A stretch of DNA of 64,000 bases from an uncultured Chloroflexia bacterium (GTDB lineage: Bacteria; Chloroflexota; Limnocylindria; QHBO01): positions 1,152,001 to 1,216,000 of the forward strand of contig CAWGTN010000002.1 in assembly GCA_963825525.1 (NCBI GenBank), written 5' to 3'. The notes beneath the pieces were generated by a model. That model worked only from the letters and a program-made list of their open reading frames with translations. It was not told where the DNA came from and ran no database searches. The translations under genes and the position numbers were made by a program. Shown here piece after piece: positions 21,582-32,331 of this stretch (its first letter is position 1; each line of letters opens with the position of its first letter).

Positions 21582-23465
21582 ATGTTGCTTCTGATTCGGC
21601 TCCTTGGCTTCCTCGCCCCGATGGCCGTCGCCGGCCTGCTGCTCATCGCCTTCGGCGTGGCGGCCCAGGTCCCGGCCGACGAGCGGTGGCGCGTCCTGGT
21701 CGTCGTGCTCGCGGCGGCGGTCGCCGGTCTGACGAGCATGGCGCTCATCGGTTGGAGCTATTTCGGGTGGCGGTTGAACCACATCGCGCGTGACCTGGAG
21801 CGAACGCTCGAGACTGACGCGCCGATTCGACTTCGCGAGACCGGCATCCCCGGCGAACGCCGCCTGGCCCGCGCACTGAACGCGGCGAGCGGCGCCTTCA
21901 TCCAGGTCGAGGCGCGTGCGACGCACGACCGGCTCACCGGCATCCCCAACCGCGAGACGCTGCTCACGATCCTCGGCGCCGAGGTCGAGCGCTCGGCGCG
22001 GCACTCGAAGCCACTCAGCGTCGCGTTCATCGACATCGACCGCTTCAAGCCGATCAACGACACGCATGGGCATGCGAGCGGCGACGCGGTGCTGCGCCAG
22101 GTCGCTCGGCTCGTCTCGGACGGCGTGCGGGTCAACGACACCTTCGGCCGCTACGGCGGTGAGGAATTCATGCTGATCCTGCCCGAGACCCTGCCGGAGG
22201 ACGCCGTGCGCCTCGCCGAGGAGCTGCGGCGGCTCGTCCAGCAGGAGCCGCTCCGCATCCCCGGCGGCGGAACCACGAAGATCACGATCAGCCTCGGGAT
22301 CGCCGGTGGTCATGGTGCCGAGCTTCAGCTCGACATGCTGGTCGACCGCGCCGACGCTGCGATGTACGCCGCCAAGTCACTCGGCCGCAATCGCACCTAC
22401 CTGTACCGCGAGCTCGACGAAGGCGCGCCCGTTCGCCGCGCGCCGATCTCGAACGAGCGACGCCTGCAGGCCACCGCCATCGGCCAGTGGGCCAGCGATA
22501 CCGCCACCCAGGCCCTGGCATCGGTCCTTGCGCCACAGCCCAATCATCGCGGCCGCCCGTCCGACATGATCGCGTCGCTCGCGACCGGGATCGGCATCGA
22601 GCTCGGGTTGCCGGCCGAGGAGATCGAGCGCATCCGAATTGCCGCCCTCCTCCACGATCTCGGCAAGATCGCCGTTCCCGAAGAGATCCTCGACAAGCCG
22701 ACGGCACTGACGGATGCCGAGTGGCAGGCCATCGGCGAGCATCCGCGCATCGGACAGGTCATCCTCGAGCAGGCCTCGAATCTGCGTGAGGCCATCCCGG
22801 TGGTCCTTCACCACCACGAGCGGTTCAACGGCGGCGGCTACCCGCACGGGCTGAAGGGGAATGAGATTCCCCTGGGAGCGCGGATCGTGGCGGTCGCGGA
22901 CGCATATCACGCCATGGTCCATGAACGGCCGTACAGCGCGGCGCTGAGCCACGACGAGGCGGTGGCCGAGCTGGAGAAGCACGCCGGGACGCAGTTCGAC
23001 CCGGACATCGTGGCGAAGTTCCGCAGCATCTACGCGCGGTCCGTGCCGCCCGACGGCCTGGAGGAGGTGTACCGCCTCAACCAGCGTGCGCGCGGCGGGC
23101 TCTCGCACCTGGGCGAGACGACGCCGGTCTCGCTCCCCGGAGCCGAAGGCCAGCCCGCGGCCGCGGAGACGGCGAGCGGCCGGGGCCCTACGCGAGGCGT
23201 CGCAGTGACGCTCGAGTCGCTCTCCACGCTCGCCATCCTCGGCGGCGTGGTGGCCGTGCTGCTGGTCGGGACGCTGCTGGCGTTGGAGCCCGACCGACCC
23301 GACGATGAGACGGCCGAGATCGGCGCGGCCGACGAAGGGTCAGCGGAAGACGCCGTTGCCGCCACCCTCCGACGGCGCACCCTGCGGGCGTCAAAGCGGA
23401 TCTCGACCGGTGGCCCGGCGCAGTCCTCGGCCGGCCCCGAGCCCGCGGTCCGTCACAAGTCCTAG
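21582..23465 (+). CDS. Membrane-bound GGDEF + HD-GYP c-di-GMP protein (3' part may be a separate small membrane gene from GTG 23205)
   Basis: Two N-terminal TMs, HDRLTG..NR, DIDRFK.INDTHGH, RYGGEEF, LLHDLGK, HHHERFNGGGYP. Confidence 0.9.
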   Translation: MLLLIRLLGFLAPMAVAGLLLIAFGVAAQVPADERWRVLVVVLAAAVAGLTSMALIGWSYFGWRLNHIARDLERTLETDAPIRLRETGIPGERRLARALNAASGAFIQVEARATHDRLTGIPNRETLLTILGAEVERSARHSKPLSVAFIDIDRFKPINDTHGHASGDAVLRQVARLVSDGVRVNDTFGRYGGEEFMLILPETLPEDAVRLAEELRRLVQQEPLRIPGGGTTKITISLGIAGGHGAELQLDMLVDRADAAMYAAKSLGRNRTYLYRELDEGAPVRRAPISNERRLQATAIGQWASDTATQALASVLAPQPNHRGRPSDMIASLATGIGIELGLPAEEIERIRIAALLHDLGKIAVPEEILDKPTALTDAEWQAIGEHPRIGQVILEQASNLREAIPVVLHHHERFNGGGYPHGLKGNEIPLGARIVAVADAYHAMVHERPYSAALSHDEAVAELEKHAGTQFDPDIVAKFRSIYARSVPPDGLEEVYRLNQRARGGLSHLGETTPVSLPGAEGQPAAAETASGRGPTRGVAVTLESLSTLAILGGVVAVLLVGTLLALEPDRPDDETAEIGAADEGSAEDAVAATLRRRTLRASKRISTGGPAQSSAGPEPAVRHKS

Positions 23466-25681
23466 AACCCGGCTCGCCAGCGGTCCTCGAGCCGCGTGAC
23501 ATCCGCCTCGATCTTGACGCTGCCATCCCCGATCTGGAGACGCGTCCCGCCGACAACTCCGAGCCGCAGGGCCGGGACACCGGCCCTGGCACACGTCTCC
23601 TCCAGTTCACCCGAGCGATCGCCCGCCACGGTCACGATGGCCCGGCCGGCACGCTCGCCCAGGACGGCCGCCATGGGCGCGTCACCGAACGCCGGCACCG
23701 CCACCCGGGCGCCGATGCCCGAGGCAATCGCCATCCGGGCAAGCGCCACCCCGAGTCCCCCGACCGACAGGTCGTGCGCCGCGTGCGCGATCTTCGATGA
23801 GGCCAGGGCAGGGAGCAGGCCGATGACGCGCGCCGCGGCCGCCAGGTCGAGCGTCGGCTGGCCGCCCCGCGCCCCGCGCTGCCAGGCAAGCTCTGACGCC
23901 GCCAGCGCATCGGCATCCCACGCCGGATCGCCGAGCAGCCAGATCTCATCCGAGTCGACCCAGCCCATGGTGAGCACCAGCGATCGATCCTGCAGGAGCC
24001 CCACGGTGCCGACCACCGGGGTCGGCAGGATCGGCCCGTCGGGCGTCTCGTTGTAGAGGCTGACGTTGCCCGACACGACCGGGATCTCGAGTGCCCGGCA
24101 GGCGTCGGCGATCCCGTCGATCGCCCGTGTCAGCTGCCACGCCCCCAGCGCATGCTCGGGCGACCCGAAGTTCAGGCAGTCCGTGATGCCGATGGGCTTG
24201 GCGCCGCTGACGGCGACGTTGAGTGCGCCCTCGATCACCGCCGAAGCGCCCGCGAGATGCGGGTCGAGCGTCCCGACCCGCGCCGGCCCGGGGCCATCGA
24301 TCGACAGCGCGATGGCCCGTTGGGTGCCCTTCACCCGCAGCACCGCCGAGTCACCGCGCCCCGGTCCGACGATGGTGTTCGTCCCGTTCATGTGGTCGTA
24401 CCGGCGCCAGATCGGCTTGCGGTCCCGGGCATTCGCGGATCCCAGCACATCGAGCAGGTCATCGATCGTCGGGACGGCGGACGCGAGGGCGACGAGCGCG
24501 GGGTCGGCAGAGGCCGCGAACGGGCCGCCGTGGACGGCGTACCTGGGCGCGTCGTCGGCCAGTGAGCGTCCGGCCACCTCGCACACCAGCTCGTTACCGG
24601 CGCGGCAGCGGATGATCGGCTCATCGATGACGGTGCCGATCCGGGCTGCGTGGAGCTCGTAGCGCGTGAACACGGCACTCGCCGCCTCGACGGCCTCGGG
24701 CGTGACCACGATCAGCATCCGCTCCTGCGACTCGCTGAGGAGAACCTCGTACGGGGTCATCCCACGCTCACGTCGCGGCACGGCACCCAGGTCGACGTCG
24801 GCGCCCACGCCACCTCGGGCCGTCAGCTCGGCCAGCGCGCAGGTGAGGCCCGCCGCCCCCAGGTCCTGCATCGCGACGATCCCCGGCATGTTCGCGAGCT
24901 CGAGGCATGCCTCCATCAGCAGCTTCTCGAGGAACGGGTTGCCGACCTGCACCGCCGGGCGACGCTCCTCGACGTCATGGCCCAGGTTGGCCGAAGCGAA
25001 GCTTGCCCCCTGGATGCCGTCGCGCCCCGTCGCCGCGCCGACGAGCAGGAGCACGTTGCCGGCGCCGGCCGCGCGCGCCAGGGTGATGTCGTCGTGGCGG
25101 GCAATGCCCACGCACATGGCGTTGACGAGGGGATTGCCCGAGTAGCTCGGGTCGAAGGTGACCTCGCCGCCCACGTCCGGGATCCCGATGCAGTTGCCGT
25201 AGCCGGCGATGCCGCCGATCACGCCATCGAACAGGTAGCGGTTGCGAGCGGCCGCATCCACCGCGGTCTCCGCGCCGGCCTCCAGCGGTCCGAAGCGCAG
25301 GCTGTTGAGCAGCGCGATGGGCCGGGCGCCCATGGTGAAGATGTCGCGGATGATGCCGCCGACGCCGGTGGCCGCGCCCTGGTACGGCTCCACCGCACTC
25401 GGATGGTTGTGCGACTCGACCTTGAACACCACCGCCAGGCCGTCGCCGATGTCGATCGCCCCGGCATTCTCGCCGGGCCCCACCAGGACGGCGTCGCCGG
25501 TCGAGGGCAGGCGGCCCAGGAGGGATCTCGAGTGCTTGTAGGCGCAGTGCTCGGACCACATGGCGCCGAACATCCCGAGCTCGACGGCATTCGGCTCGCG
25601 GCCGAGGGCGGAAACGACGAGCTGATACTCGGACTCGGTCAGGCCGTGGAGCTGGTCGGCCGGCGGTGGTGCGAGTGTCAT
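23462..25681 (-). CDS. purL: FGAM synthase large subunit
   Basis: MWSEHCAYK, VESHNHPSAVEPYQGAATGVGGIIRD, QDLGAAGL, SESQERM, SGNVSLYN. Confidence 0.97.
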   Translation of the reverse strand: MTLAPPPADQLHGLTESEYQLVVSALGREPNAVELGMFGAMWSEHCAYKHSRSLLGRLPSTGDAVLVGPGENAGAIDIGDGLAVVFKVESHNHPSAVEPYQGAATGVGGIIRDIFTMGARPIALLNSLRFGPLEAGAETAVDAAARNRYLFDGVIGGIAGYGNCIGIPDVGGEVTFDPSYSGNPLVNAMCVGIARHDDITLARAAGAGNVLLLVGAATGRDGIQGASFASANLGHDVEERRPAVQVGNPFLEKLLMEACLELANMPGIVAMQDLGAAGLTCALAELTARGGVGADVDLGAVPRRERGMTPYEVLLSESQERMLIVVTPEAVEAASAVFTRYELHAARIGTVIDEPIIRCRAGNELVCEVAGRSLADDAPRYAVHGGPFAASADPALVALASAVPTIDDLLDVLGSANARDRKPIWRRYDHMNGTNTIVGPGRGDSAVLRVKGTQRAIALSIDGPGPARVGTLDPHLAGASAVIEGALNVAVSGAKPIGITDCLNFGSPEHALGAWQLTRAIDGIADACRALEIPVVSGNVSLYNETPDGPILPTPVVGTVGLLQDRSLVLTMGWVDSDEIWLLGDPAWDADALAASELAWQRGARGGQPTLDLAAAARVIGLLPALASSKIAHAAHDLSVGGLGVALARMAIASGIGARVAVPAFGDAPMAAVLGERAGRAIVTVAGDRSGELEETCARAGVPALRLGVVGGTRLQIGDGSVKIEADVTRLEDRWRAGF

Positions 25682-25685
25682 CCGA

Positions 25686-26401
25686 TCAGGGCTGGCGGCC
25701 ACCCAGCGGTTGGTCGCGCCCGAGCTCGACGATCACGGCGCCGATTGCGCCGGCGGCCGTCCCGAAGAAGAACAGCAGCTCGCCGATGCCGGCGCCCCCG
25801 AGGCCGACGCGATCCAATGCCATCCCGAAGCCGATGAGCATCACGCCCAGGATCGCCAGCCGCAGGTTGGGGATTTCGGGGATCCGCGCCGAGAAGAAGA
25901 CGGTGGCGGCGATCCCGAGCAGCAGGAGCAAGGCGATGAGGTCGATCGCGCTCACCGTCCGCCCGAACAGGCTGATGAGGACGCCGATCGCGGCAATGAT
26001 GGCGCCGACGCCGATGAGCCATGCCGAGAGCATGACCGGCATGGTCAGTGGCAGGTTGATCGATGGCGTCCGGCTCGACCGTTCGGATCGACGGGGCGAC
26101 GGAGGCATGGCCGGCGGGGGTTCCGAACGGTCGAACGTGGCGGCCTCGCCGACGCGTGTGGGCTCCTCCACCCGTTCAACGCGATCCGGCTCGGCGTCAC
26201 GCTCCTCGTCCGGCGCGCGCTCTTCCCGCTGGTACGCGCGGCGATCGGGCGGTGCGGCTGATCGGCTTCGGCGTGATCCGGCCAGGCCGGAGCGGCCGGG
26301 ATCTCGGTCTCCTGTTCCTGGTCGATGGGCTGGCCGCAGGTCGGACAGAAGACGGCAGTGTCCTCGACCTCCGTTCCGCACGCGGCGCAGTATCGGGCCA
26401 T
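25686..26401 (-). CDS. Zinc-ribbon membrane protein (frameshift ~26255)
   Basis: N-terminal MARYCAACG..FCPTCG in one frame, acidic/Pro linker and four TM helices in the other. Confidence 0.7.
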
Positions 26402-26404
26402 GCC

Positions 26405-27587
26405 TCAGCTTCGGCCGAAGCGCGTGAGTGTGCCGATCACGGTGATCAGCGATGCGAGGAAGAAGATGATGCCGGCCGGGGTCATGACCCGCAGCATCGC
26501 GACGATGTCGCCGCTCCAGTTACCGGCCAGCTCGACCACTCCGAAGCTGACGATGAGCCCGACACTCCACAGCAACGCGATCCCGAGACCCAGGACCTGG
26601 AGGCGGCCCGGTACGGCCCGGGCAAAGCCGGCGATCGCCAGCGCCAGCAGCAGAAGGGCCAGCAGCGGGATCGGGCCGGTGAGGCCGTAGTACACCTGGT
26701 CCGCCAGCCCGGCGCCGACGGCCGGGTAGTCCGTCCAGAACGCCACGCCAGTGCCACCGTCGCCAACGGCACGCTCGAACAGGGAGCCGGTGCCGTACAG
26801 GAACGGCAGCAGATAGCCGGTGATGATGCCGATCAGGCCGATGAGCAGGACGACCGGCCCAAGCACGGCGCCTCCCGACCGCACGGCGGATTCCGCGGCG
26901 GGTTCGCCCGCGACCGATGGCGGAACGTAACCGGGGGCCGTGCCTCGCAGGTTGGCTCCGCAGTTCTGGCAGAAGCCCACGCCCGCGCGGTTGTGCGTGC
27001 CGCAGCGCGGACAGGCCATGGTGCCCTCGGGGGTTCCGGGTCGCTCGACGGTGCTCGCCACACCGGCAGCCACCAGGCGCTGGCCACAGTTGTTGCAGAA
27101 CGACAGGCCGGGACGGTTCTCGGTCCCGCAGCGCGGGCACTTGGTGCTCTCGCCGACCGCCTCCTCGCCGGCGGGAACGGCATGCGCGGCCGTGGCGTCA
27201 ACTTCGACATTGCTCGCCGGGGCGACGTACGCTTCCACCTCGCTGGGTGGCGGCTCGGTCGCGCCTGACACGTCCTCGGCGGAGCTCCAATCGGGCGCAA
27301 GGATCGGCGGCTCTCCCCGCTCCGGTGGCTCGGTCGGCCAGGCTTCCTCGTCCGCCGACCCGGCGGCAGGAGCGTCGGTCGGCCACGCCGGGCTCAACAG
27401 GTTCAGCGGGCGCGCTGCTCGGCCAGCTCTCGATCTCGGCCGGATCCGGATCGGGGGGCGGGACCACAGGCTCGCTCACGGCGTCGCCCGACAGGTCGGT
27501 CGATTCCGTCGGCGTCGGCTCAGCCGAGCCCGATGACGCGTCATCCGCGTCGGGCGAGTCGCGTCGGTCGCGCTCGAGGTCGTCCAC
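26405..27587 (-). CDS. Double zinc-ribbon membrane protein with acidic disordered N-terminus (frameshift ~27395)
   Basis: AGGAGG SD then GTG 27587; CPRCG..FCNNCG and CPRCG..FCQNCG repeats; four C-terminal TMs. Confidence 0.72.
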
Positions 27588-27619
27588 TCGTTCGCCTCCT
27601 GCGGCAGGTCTGGGCGGGG

Positions 27620-28375
27620 TCAGAGCGATGATACCCGACGTTCCGCGGGCGCCGGCTGCTCCTGCAGCCAGCGTTCCAGCGACCGAAAGACCCGCAATCC
27701 ATCGGTGCCACCGACCTCGGGCTCGGCCGCCCGCTCGGGGTGCGGCATGAGGCCCAGGACGTTCCCGCGCTCGTTGACGATGCCCGCGATTCCGCGCTCC
27801 GACCCGTTCGGGTTTGCTTCGTCGGCCAGCGTGCCATCCGGCATCGCGTAGCGCAGGACCACCCTGCCGTCGCGCTCGAGTAGGTCGAGCGTGGGCTCGT
27901 CGGCGACGTAGCGGCCCTCGCCGTGACTGATCGGCAGCTCGATGGTCTCCCCATCGGAGAACTCGCCGAGCCAGGCGGGCGCGGCGGACGCATGCTCGAC
28001 GCGCAGCGTCTGCCAATCACAGCGGAACTCGAGATGGTCATTGCGCAGCAACGCCCCAGGCAGCATCCCTGCCTCGGTCAGGATCTGGAAGCCGTTGCAG
28101 GAGCCGATGACCGGTCCGCCCGCATCGGCGAACGCCTCGACCGCCGCCATCAACGGCGAGAAACGTGCGATGGCGCCGGTTCGAAGGTGGTCACCGTGAG
28201 CGAACCCACCAGGCAGTACCACCGCGTCAACGGCGCCCAGCTCGCGCTCCGTGTGCCACACCAGGCGCGTCTCCCAGCCGAGCACGGACTCGGCGACGTG
28301 CGCGAAGTCGCGCTCCGACCACGTTCCGGGAAAGACCGCGATCGCCACCCGAGGCCGCGCTCCGGCCCTGGTCAC
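27620..28375 (-). CDS. purQ: FGAM synthase glutaminase subunit
   Basis: FPGT, LPGGFAHGDHLR, GSCNGFQIL, SHGEG, NPNGS, GLMPHPER. Confidence 0.96.
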   Translation of the reverse strand: MTRAGARPRVAIAVFPGTWSERDFAHVAESVLGWETRLVWHTERELGAVDAVVLPGGFAHGDHLRTGAIARFSPLMAAVEAFADAGGPVIGSCNGFQILTEAGMLPGALLRNDHLEFRCDWQTLRVEHASAAPAWLGEFSDGETIELPISHGEGRYVADEPTLDLLERDGRVVLRYAMPDGTLADEANPNGSERGIAGIVNERGNVLGLMPHPERAAEPEVGGTDGLRVFRSLERWLQEQPAPAERRVSSL

Positions 28376-28653
28376 GGGTTGGCGGCCTCGGCGTCCTGCT
28401 GCTCGTCCGCCCGCAGCTCCCAGCTCGCCGTCTCCATGACCGGGTTGGCAAGCAGTCGTCGGCACATCTCGCCGACGGCAGCCTCGGCTTCGTTCGACCC
28501 ATCGGCCTCGAACGCGATCCGCATGAGCTTGCCGCTCCGCACTTCGCGGACCGTCGGATAGCCCAGCGAGCGCAGCGCAGCACCGATCGTCTGACCCTCC
28601 GGGTCGGCGATGCCCGATCGGAGCGCGACATGCACCTCGGCGATCCAGCGCAC
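28372..28653 (-). CDS. purS: FGAM synthase PurS subunit
   Basis: DPEGQTI..AL, VRSGK, MC..LLANPVME; lies between purC and purQ. Confidence 0.93.
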   Translation of the reverse strand: MRWIAEVHVALRSGIADPEGQTIGAALRSLGYPTVREVRSGKLMRIAFEADGSNEAEAAVGEMCRRLLANPVMETASWELRADEQQDAEAANP

Positions 28654-28655
28654 GG

Positions 28656-29552
28656 TCAGGCCGGCTCGTGCCACGGTCGGCCGGTCAGGCGCTCGAATGC
28701 GGCAACGTATCGGTCGCGCGTGCCCTCGATCACGTCGGCGGGGAGCTCTGGGGCGGGCGGCTCCTTGTTCCATCCGGCGTTGGCCACGAAGTCCCGGACG
28801 AACTGCTTGTCGAAGCTCTGAGGGCTCGAGCCGGGCGCATACGTCGCGCCATCCCAGAAGCGCGAGGAGTCGGGCGTGAGCACCTCGTCGATCAGGGCCA
28901 GCTCATCGTCGATGAATCCGAACTCGAACTTCGTGTCGGCCAGGATCAATCCGACCTCCTCGGCACGCCGCGCGCCCTCGCGGTACAGGGCGATCGACCG
29001 CTGCTCGAGGTCACGCGCGAGATCGGAGCCGACCATGTCGGCGAGCTGCTCGCGGCTGATGTTCTCGTCGTGTCCCACTTCCGCCTTGGTGGAAGGCGTG
29101 AAGATCGGCTCGGGGAGGCGCTCGGCCTCGCGCATGCCCTCCGGCAGTCGATGACCGCAGACCATGCCGGTGCGCTGGTACTCCGCCCAGCCGGAGCCCG
29201 CGAGGTAGCCGCGGACGACGCACTCGGCATCGACGCGCTGGGCGCGGCGCACGAGCATCGAGCGCGGCGCGAGGTCCGGGGTGCGGGCAGCTTCCGGCAG
29301 CGATTGGATGTCGGCACTCACGAAGTGCGTGCGGCCAAGGTCGGCGAGCTGCTCGAACCACCACGTGCTGAGGCGAGTCAGCACCGCACCCTTGTCCGGA
29401 ATCGGCTGGGAGAAGACGACGTCGAATGCCGATAGTCGGTCGGTCGCCACCAGCAGCAGATGACGCTCATCGACCTCGTAGGTCTCGCGCACCTTGCCGC
29501 GATGGATGAGCGGCAGCCCCTCGACCTCGGCCTGCAGCATGGCGTTCGTCAT
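28656..29552 (-). CDS. purC: SAICAR synthase
   Basis: RGKVRE, TDRLSAFD, ECVVRGYLAGSG, ADTKFEFG, DEVLTPDSSRFW. Confidence 0.96.
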   Translation of the reverse strand: MTNAMLQAEVEGLPLIHRGKVRETYEVDERHLLLVATDRLSAFDVVFSQPIPDKGAVLTRLSTWWFEQLADLGRTHFVSADIQSLPEAARTPDLAPRSMLVRRAQRVDAECVVRGYLAGSGWAEYQRTGMVCGHRLPEGMREAERLPEPIFTPSTKAEVGHDENISREQLADMVGSDLARDLEQRSIALYREGARRAEEVGLILADTKFEFGFIDDELALIDEVLTPDSSRFWDGATYAPGSSPQSFDKQFVRDFVANAGWNKEPPAPELPADVIEGTRDRYVAAFERLTGRPWHEPA

Positions 29553-29553
29553 C

Positions 29554-30048
29554 TCAGTCACCCTCCTCGGCTTCATCGTCGGCCAGCGCTGGTGCGCGGC
29601 CGGTTGGAATCTTGAGTCGTCGCTTGATCACATGCTCGAGTCGCTGGAACACCTCGAGGGCCACGATGACCAGCGCCGCGCTGACGGTGGCCATCACCAG
29701 GAGCCCGGCGCCTGCGGCCATGCCCACGGCGGCAACCGCCCACAGCGAGGCGGCCGTCGTGAGGCCGCGCACCGTACCGCCGTAATGGAGAATGGCGCCA
29801 CCGCCCAGGAACCCGATGCCCGACACGATCTGGGCCGCCACCCGGGTCGGATCGGCACTCGAGCCGGTGAAGGCGTAGGCCCCCACGATGGTGAAGATCG
29901 CCGCCCCGAGAGCAACCAGTGCGTGCGTTCGGAATCCCGCCGGCATGCGCTGGAGCTCCCGCTCCCAGCCGATCACGGCGCCGAGCACGAGCGCCACCAC
30001 CAGGCGCACCGTGAGCTCGATCTGCGTCCCGATGCTCAGATCTTCCAC
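29554..30048 (-). CDS. MgtC/SapB family protein
   Basis: IGWERE..PAGFRTH, DPTRVAAQIVSGIGFLGGG, GLTTAA. Confidence 0.92.
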   Translation of the reverse strand: MEDLSIGTQIELTVRLVVALVLGAVIGWERELQRMPAGFRTHALVALGAAIFTIVGAYAFTGSSADPTRVAAQIVSGIGFLGGGAILHYGGTVRGLTTAASLWAVAAVGMAAGAGLLVMATVSAALVIVALEVFQRLEHVIKRRLKIPTGRAPALADDEAEEGD

Positions 30049-30055
30049 GTCGAGT

Positions 30056-30940
30056 TCAGATCCCTCCGGGTGGGTCGGCCGCAAGGATTCGCGACCAGGT
30101 GACGGCGGACCAGGCGTGAAGCGCGCCGCCGGCAAGGACGATGCACAGCCACACCCCCACGAAGCCTATCAGCAGGAGCCCCGTGGCGAGATCGAAGTCA
30201 CCGAATGCACCGAGGGAGGCGCCGATGGGTGCCCACAGCACGCCGAGGAGCATGGTGGCCAGCACGAGGAGGACGACTCCTGCGAGCACTGATGCTGCCA
30301 GGTGGATGGCAACTGCGGGCCGCAGCAGGATCGGACCCACCCGGCGAATCGCCCGGGACATCCCCACCCCGCGGGTCACCATGATCCGGCCTCCAACGGC
30401 CGAGATCGCCAGCGCGGCGAGGGCGAGTGCCGCCGTGACGGCAAGCTGGGGCACCAGCCGCAGGAGCGTGCTGACCACCGGGCCACCGGGCGGGTCAGGC
30501 GCGTTGAACTGGCCGGGGGCCACGATCGACGCCGTGAGCAGCAGGAATCCGAGCGCGATGCCGGCCGGTACCGCCGCCACCGCCGATATCCGAAGAAGAC
30601 GGAGCGCATCGTCGAATCGGAACGCGCGCGCACCCACCGTCGCGATGAGGCTCGCGTTCGCGAGCGCCACCGCCGCAAACCCCAGGGCGATCAGCGAGAG
30701 AAGGCCGGCGGCGATGAGCACCGCACTCCACGGCCATGCGCCAGAGGTGACCAGGCGCGCGCCGAGGAAGGTGAGGTCGGACACCGACGGTGGGCGCGCG
30801 ACGACCACGATCAACGGCAGCCATCCGATCGCGACCAGCCAGGCGAGGGCCCCTGGGACCCAGAGCTCGGGACGGACCGATACGTCGCGGGCGGATGCGC
30901 CCGCTGCTCGGCGCCAGCGATTCATGCGCGCGGCCACCAC
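30056..30940 (-). CDS. Hypothetical multi-pass membrane protein
   Basis: About six hydrophobic segments; fills the gap between purB and the mgtC-like gene. Confidence 0.65.
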   Translation of the reverse strand: MVAARMNRWRRAAGASARDVSVRPELWVPGALAWLVAIGWLPLIVVVARPPSVSDLTFLGARLVTSGAWPWSAVLIAAGLLSLIALGFAAVALANASLIATVGARAFRFDDALRLLRISAVAAVPAGIALGFLLLTASIVAPGQFNAPDPPGGPVVSTLLRLVPQLAVTAALALAALAISAVGGRIMVTRGVGMSRAIRRVGPILLRPAVAIHLAASVLAGVVLLVLATMLLGVLWAPIGASLGAFGDFDLATGLLLIGFVGVWLCIVLAGGALHAWSAVTWSRILAADPPGGI

Positions 30941-32247
30941 TAGCCGCGCTCGTCGAGGCCGAGCGCCTGATACGTGATCGGAATACCGGCGAGGTGATGC
31001 TCCAGATCCATGGCCCGCGCGATCTCATCCGCCGACAGCCAGGACGCAATCTCAGGATCCTCGCTCAATGCCTGGTGGAAGCTCGCGTCCCCTGCCCATG
31101 CACGCTTCGCGGCCCCCTGGACGAGCCGATACGCCGCCTGCCGCTCGGCGCCCTTCGCGACCATCGCCAGGAGCAGTGCCTCGGAATAGACCATGCCCCC
31201 GAGCTCATCGAGGTTTCGCCGCATGCGTTCGGCGTCCACCTCGAGCCCGTCGAGGATGTCGCCCAGCGTCCGGACCGCGTACGCGGCAACACCCAGCGCC
31301 CGCTCGAACACGAAGCGCTCGGTCGAGCTGTGGCTGATGTCGCGCTCATGCCAGAGCGCCATGTTCTCGAGGGCCACGAGCGCGTCGGCTCGGAGCAGCC
31401 GCGCCATGCCCGAGACCCGCTCGGCGAGGATCGGGTTGCGCTTGTGGGGCATGGCGCTGCTCCCCTGCTGGCCGGATCCGAACGGCTCGAACGCCTCGCC
31501 GACCTCGGTGCGCTGGAGGTGACGCAGCTCGATGGCGATGCGCTCGATCGTTCCGCCCAAGATCGCCAGGGTCGTGATCAGCTCGGCATGGCGATCGCGG
31601 CTGACGACCTGTGTCGGCGCAGGGTCGACGGCGAGGCCAAGCCCATCGAGGATGTGACGCTCCACCTCGCCACTCACGTTGGCGTGAGTTCCGACGGCAC
31701 CCGAGATCGAGCCGTAGGCGACCTGCTCCCGCGCCCGGGCGACCCGATCCCCGTCCCTCTGAAGCTCCGCCAGCCAGCCGGCGACCTTGAACCCGAACGT
31801 GATCGGCTCCGCATGGATGCCGTGGCTGCGACCGACCATCGGCGTGTCGCGGTACTGGATCGCGAGGCGGCGCGTGATCTCGGTGAGGCGAGCGAGCTCG
31901 CCCTCCACGACGGCAGTCGCGTCACGCAGAACCGCTGCCGTTGCGGTGTCGAGCACGTCGGAGCTGGTGAGGCCGAAGTGGAGCCACCGGCCCTCCGGAC
32001 CCAGCTGCTCCGTCACCGAGCGCAGGAACGCGATGACGTCGTGCTGCGACTCCTTCTCGATCTCGCGGGCTCGCTCCGGATCGACCTCCGTCGCCGCGGC
32101 ACGGATCCGCTCCCAATCGGCGTCGGGAACAACGCCCGACGCGTTGAGGGCCTCGACGGCCAGGACCTCGATCCGGAGCCAGAGGGCAAGCTTGCGCGCC
32201 TCGCCGAAGATCTCCCGCAGTTCGGGCAGGGCGTACCGATCGATCAC
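30940..32247 (-). CDS. purB: Adenylosuccinate lyase
   Basis: MIDRY, HFGLTSSDVLDT, GRSHGIHAEP, GSSAMPHKRNP, LWHERDISHSS. Confidence 0.97.
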   Translation of the reverse strand: MIDRYALPELREIFGEARKLALWLRIEVLAVEALNASGVVPDADWERIRAAATEVDPERAREIEKESQHDVIAFLRSVTEQLGPEGRWLHFGLTSSDVLDTATAAVLRDATAVVEGELARLTEITRRLAIQYRDTPMVGRSHGIHAEPITFGFKVAGWLAELQRDGDRVARAREQVAYGSISGAVGTHANVSGEVERHILDGLGLAVDPAPTQVVSRDRHAELITTLAILGGTIERIAIELRHLQRTEVGEAFEPFGSGQQGSSAMPHKRNPILAERVSGMARLLRADALVALENMALWHERDISHSSTERFVFERALGVAAYAVRTLGDILDGLEVDAERMRRNLDELGGMVYSEALLLAMVAKGAERQAAYRLVQGAAKRAWAGDASFHQALSEDPEIASWLSADEIARAMDLEHHLAGIPITYQALGLDERG

Positions 32248-32331
32248 GTCCGGAGGATACCGATGCGGGCGGCGGCCCGCGCCGATCGCCTACGATCGAT
32301 CGTCGAACGTCCCGATTTGAGGAGAGCCGCC

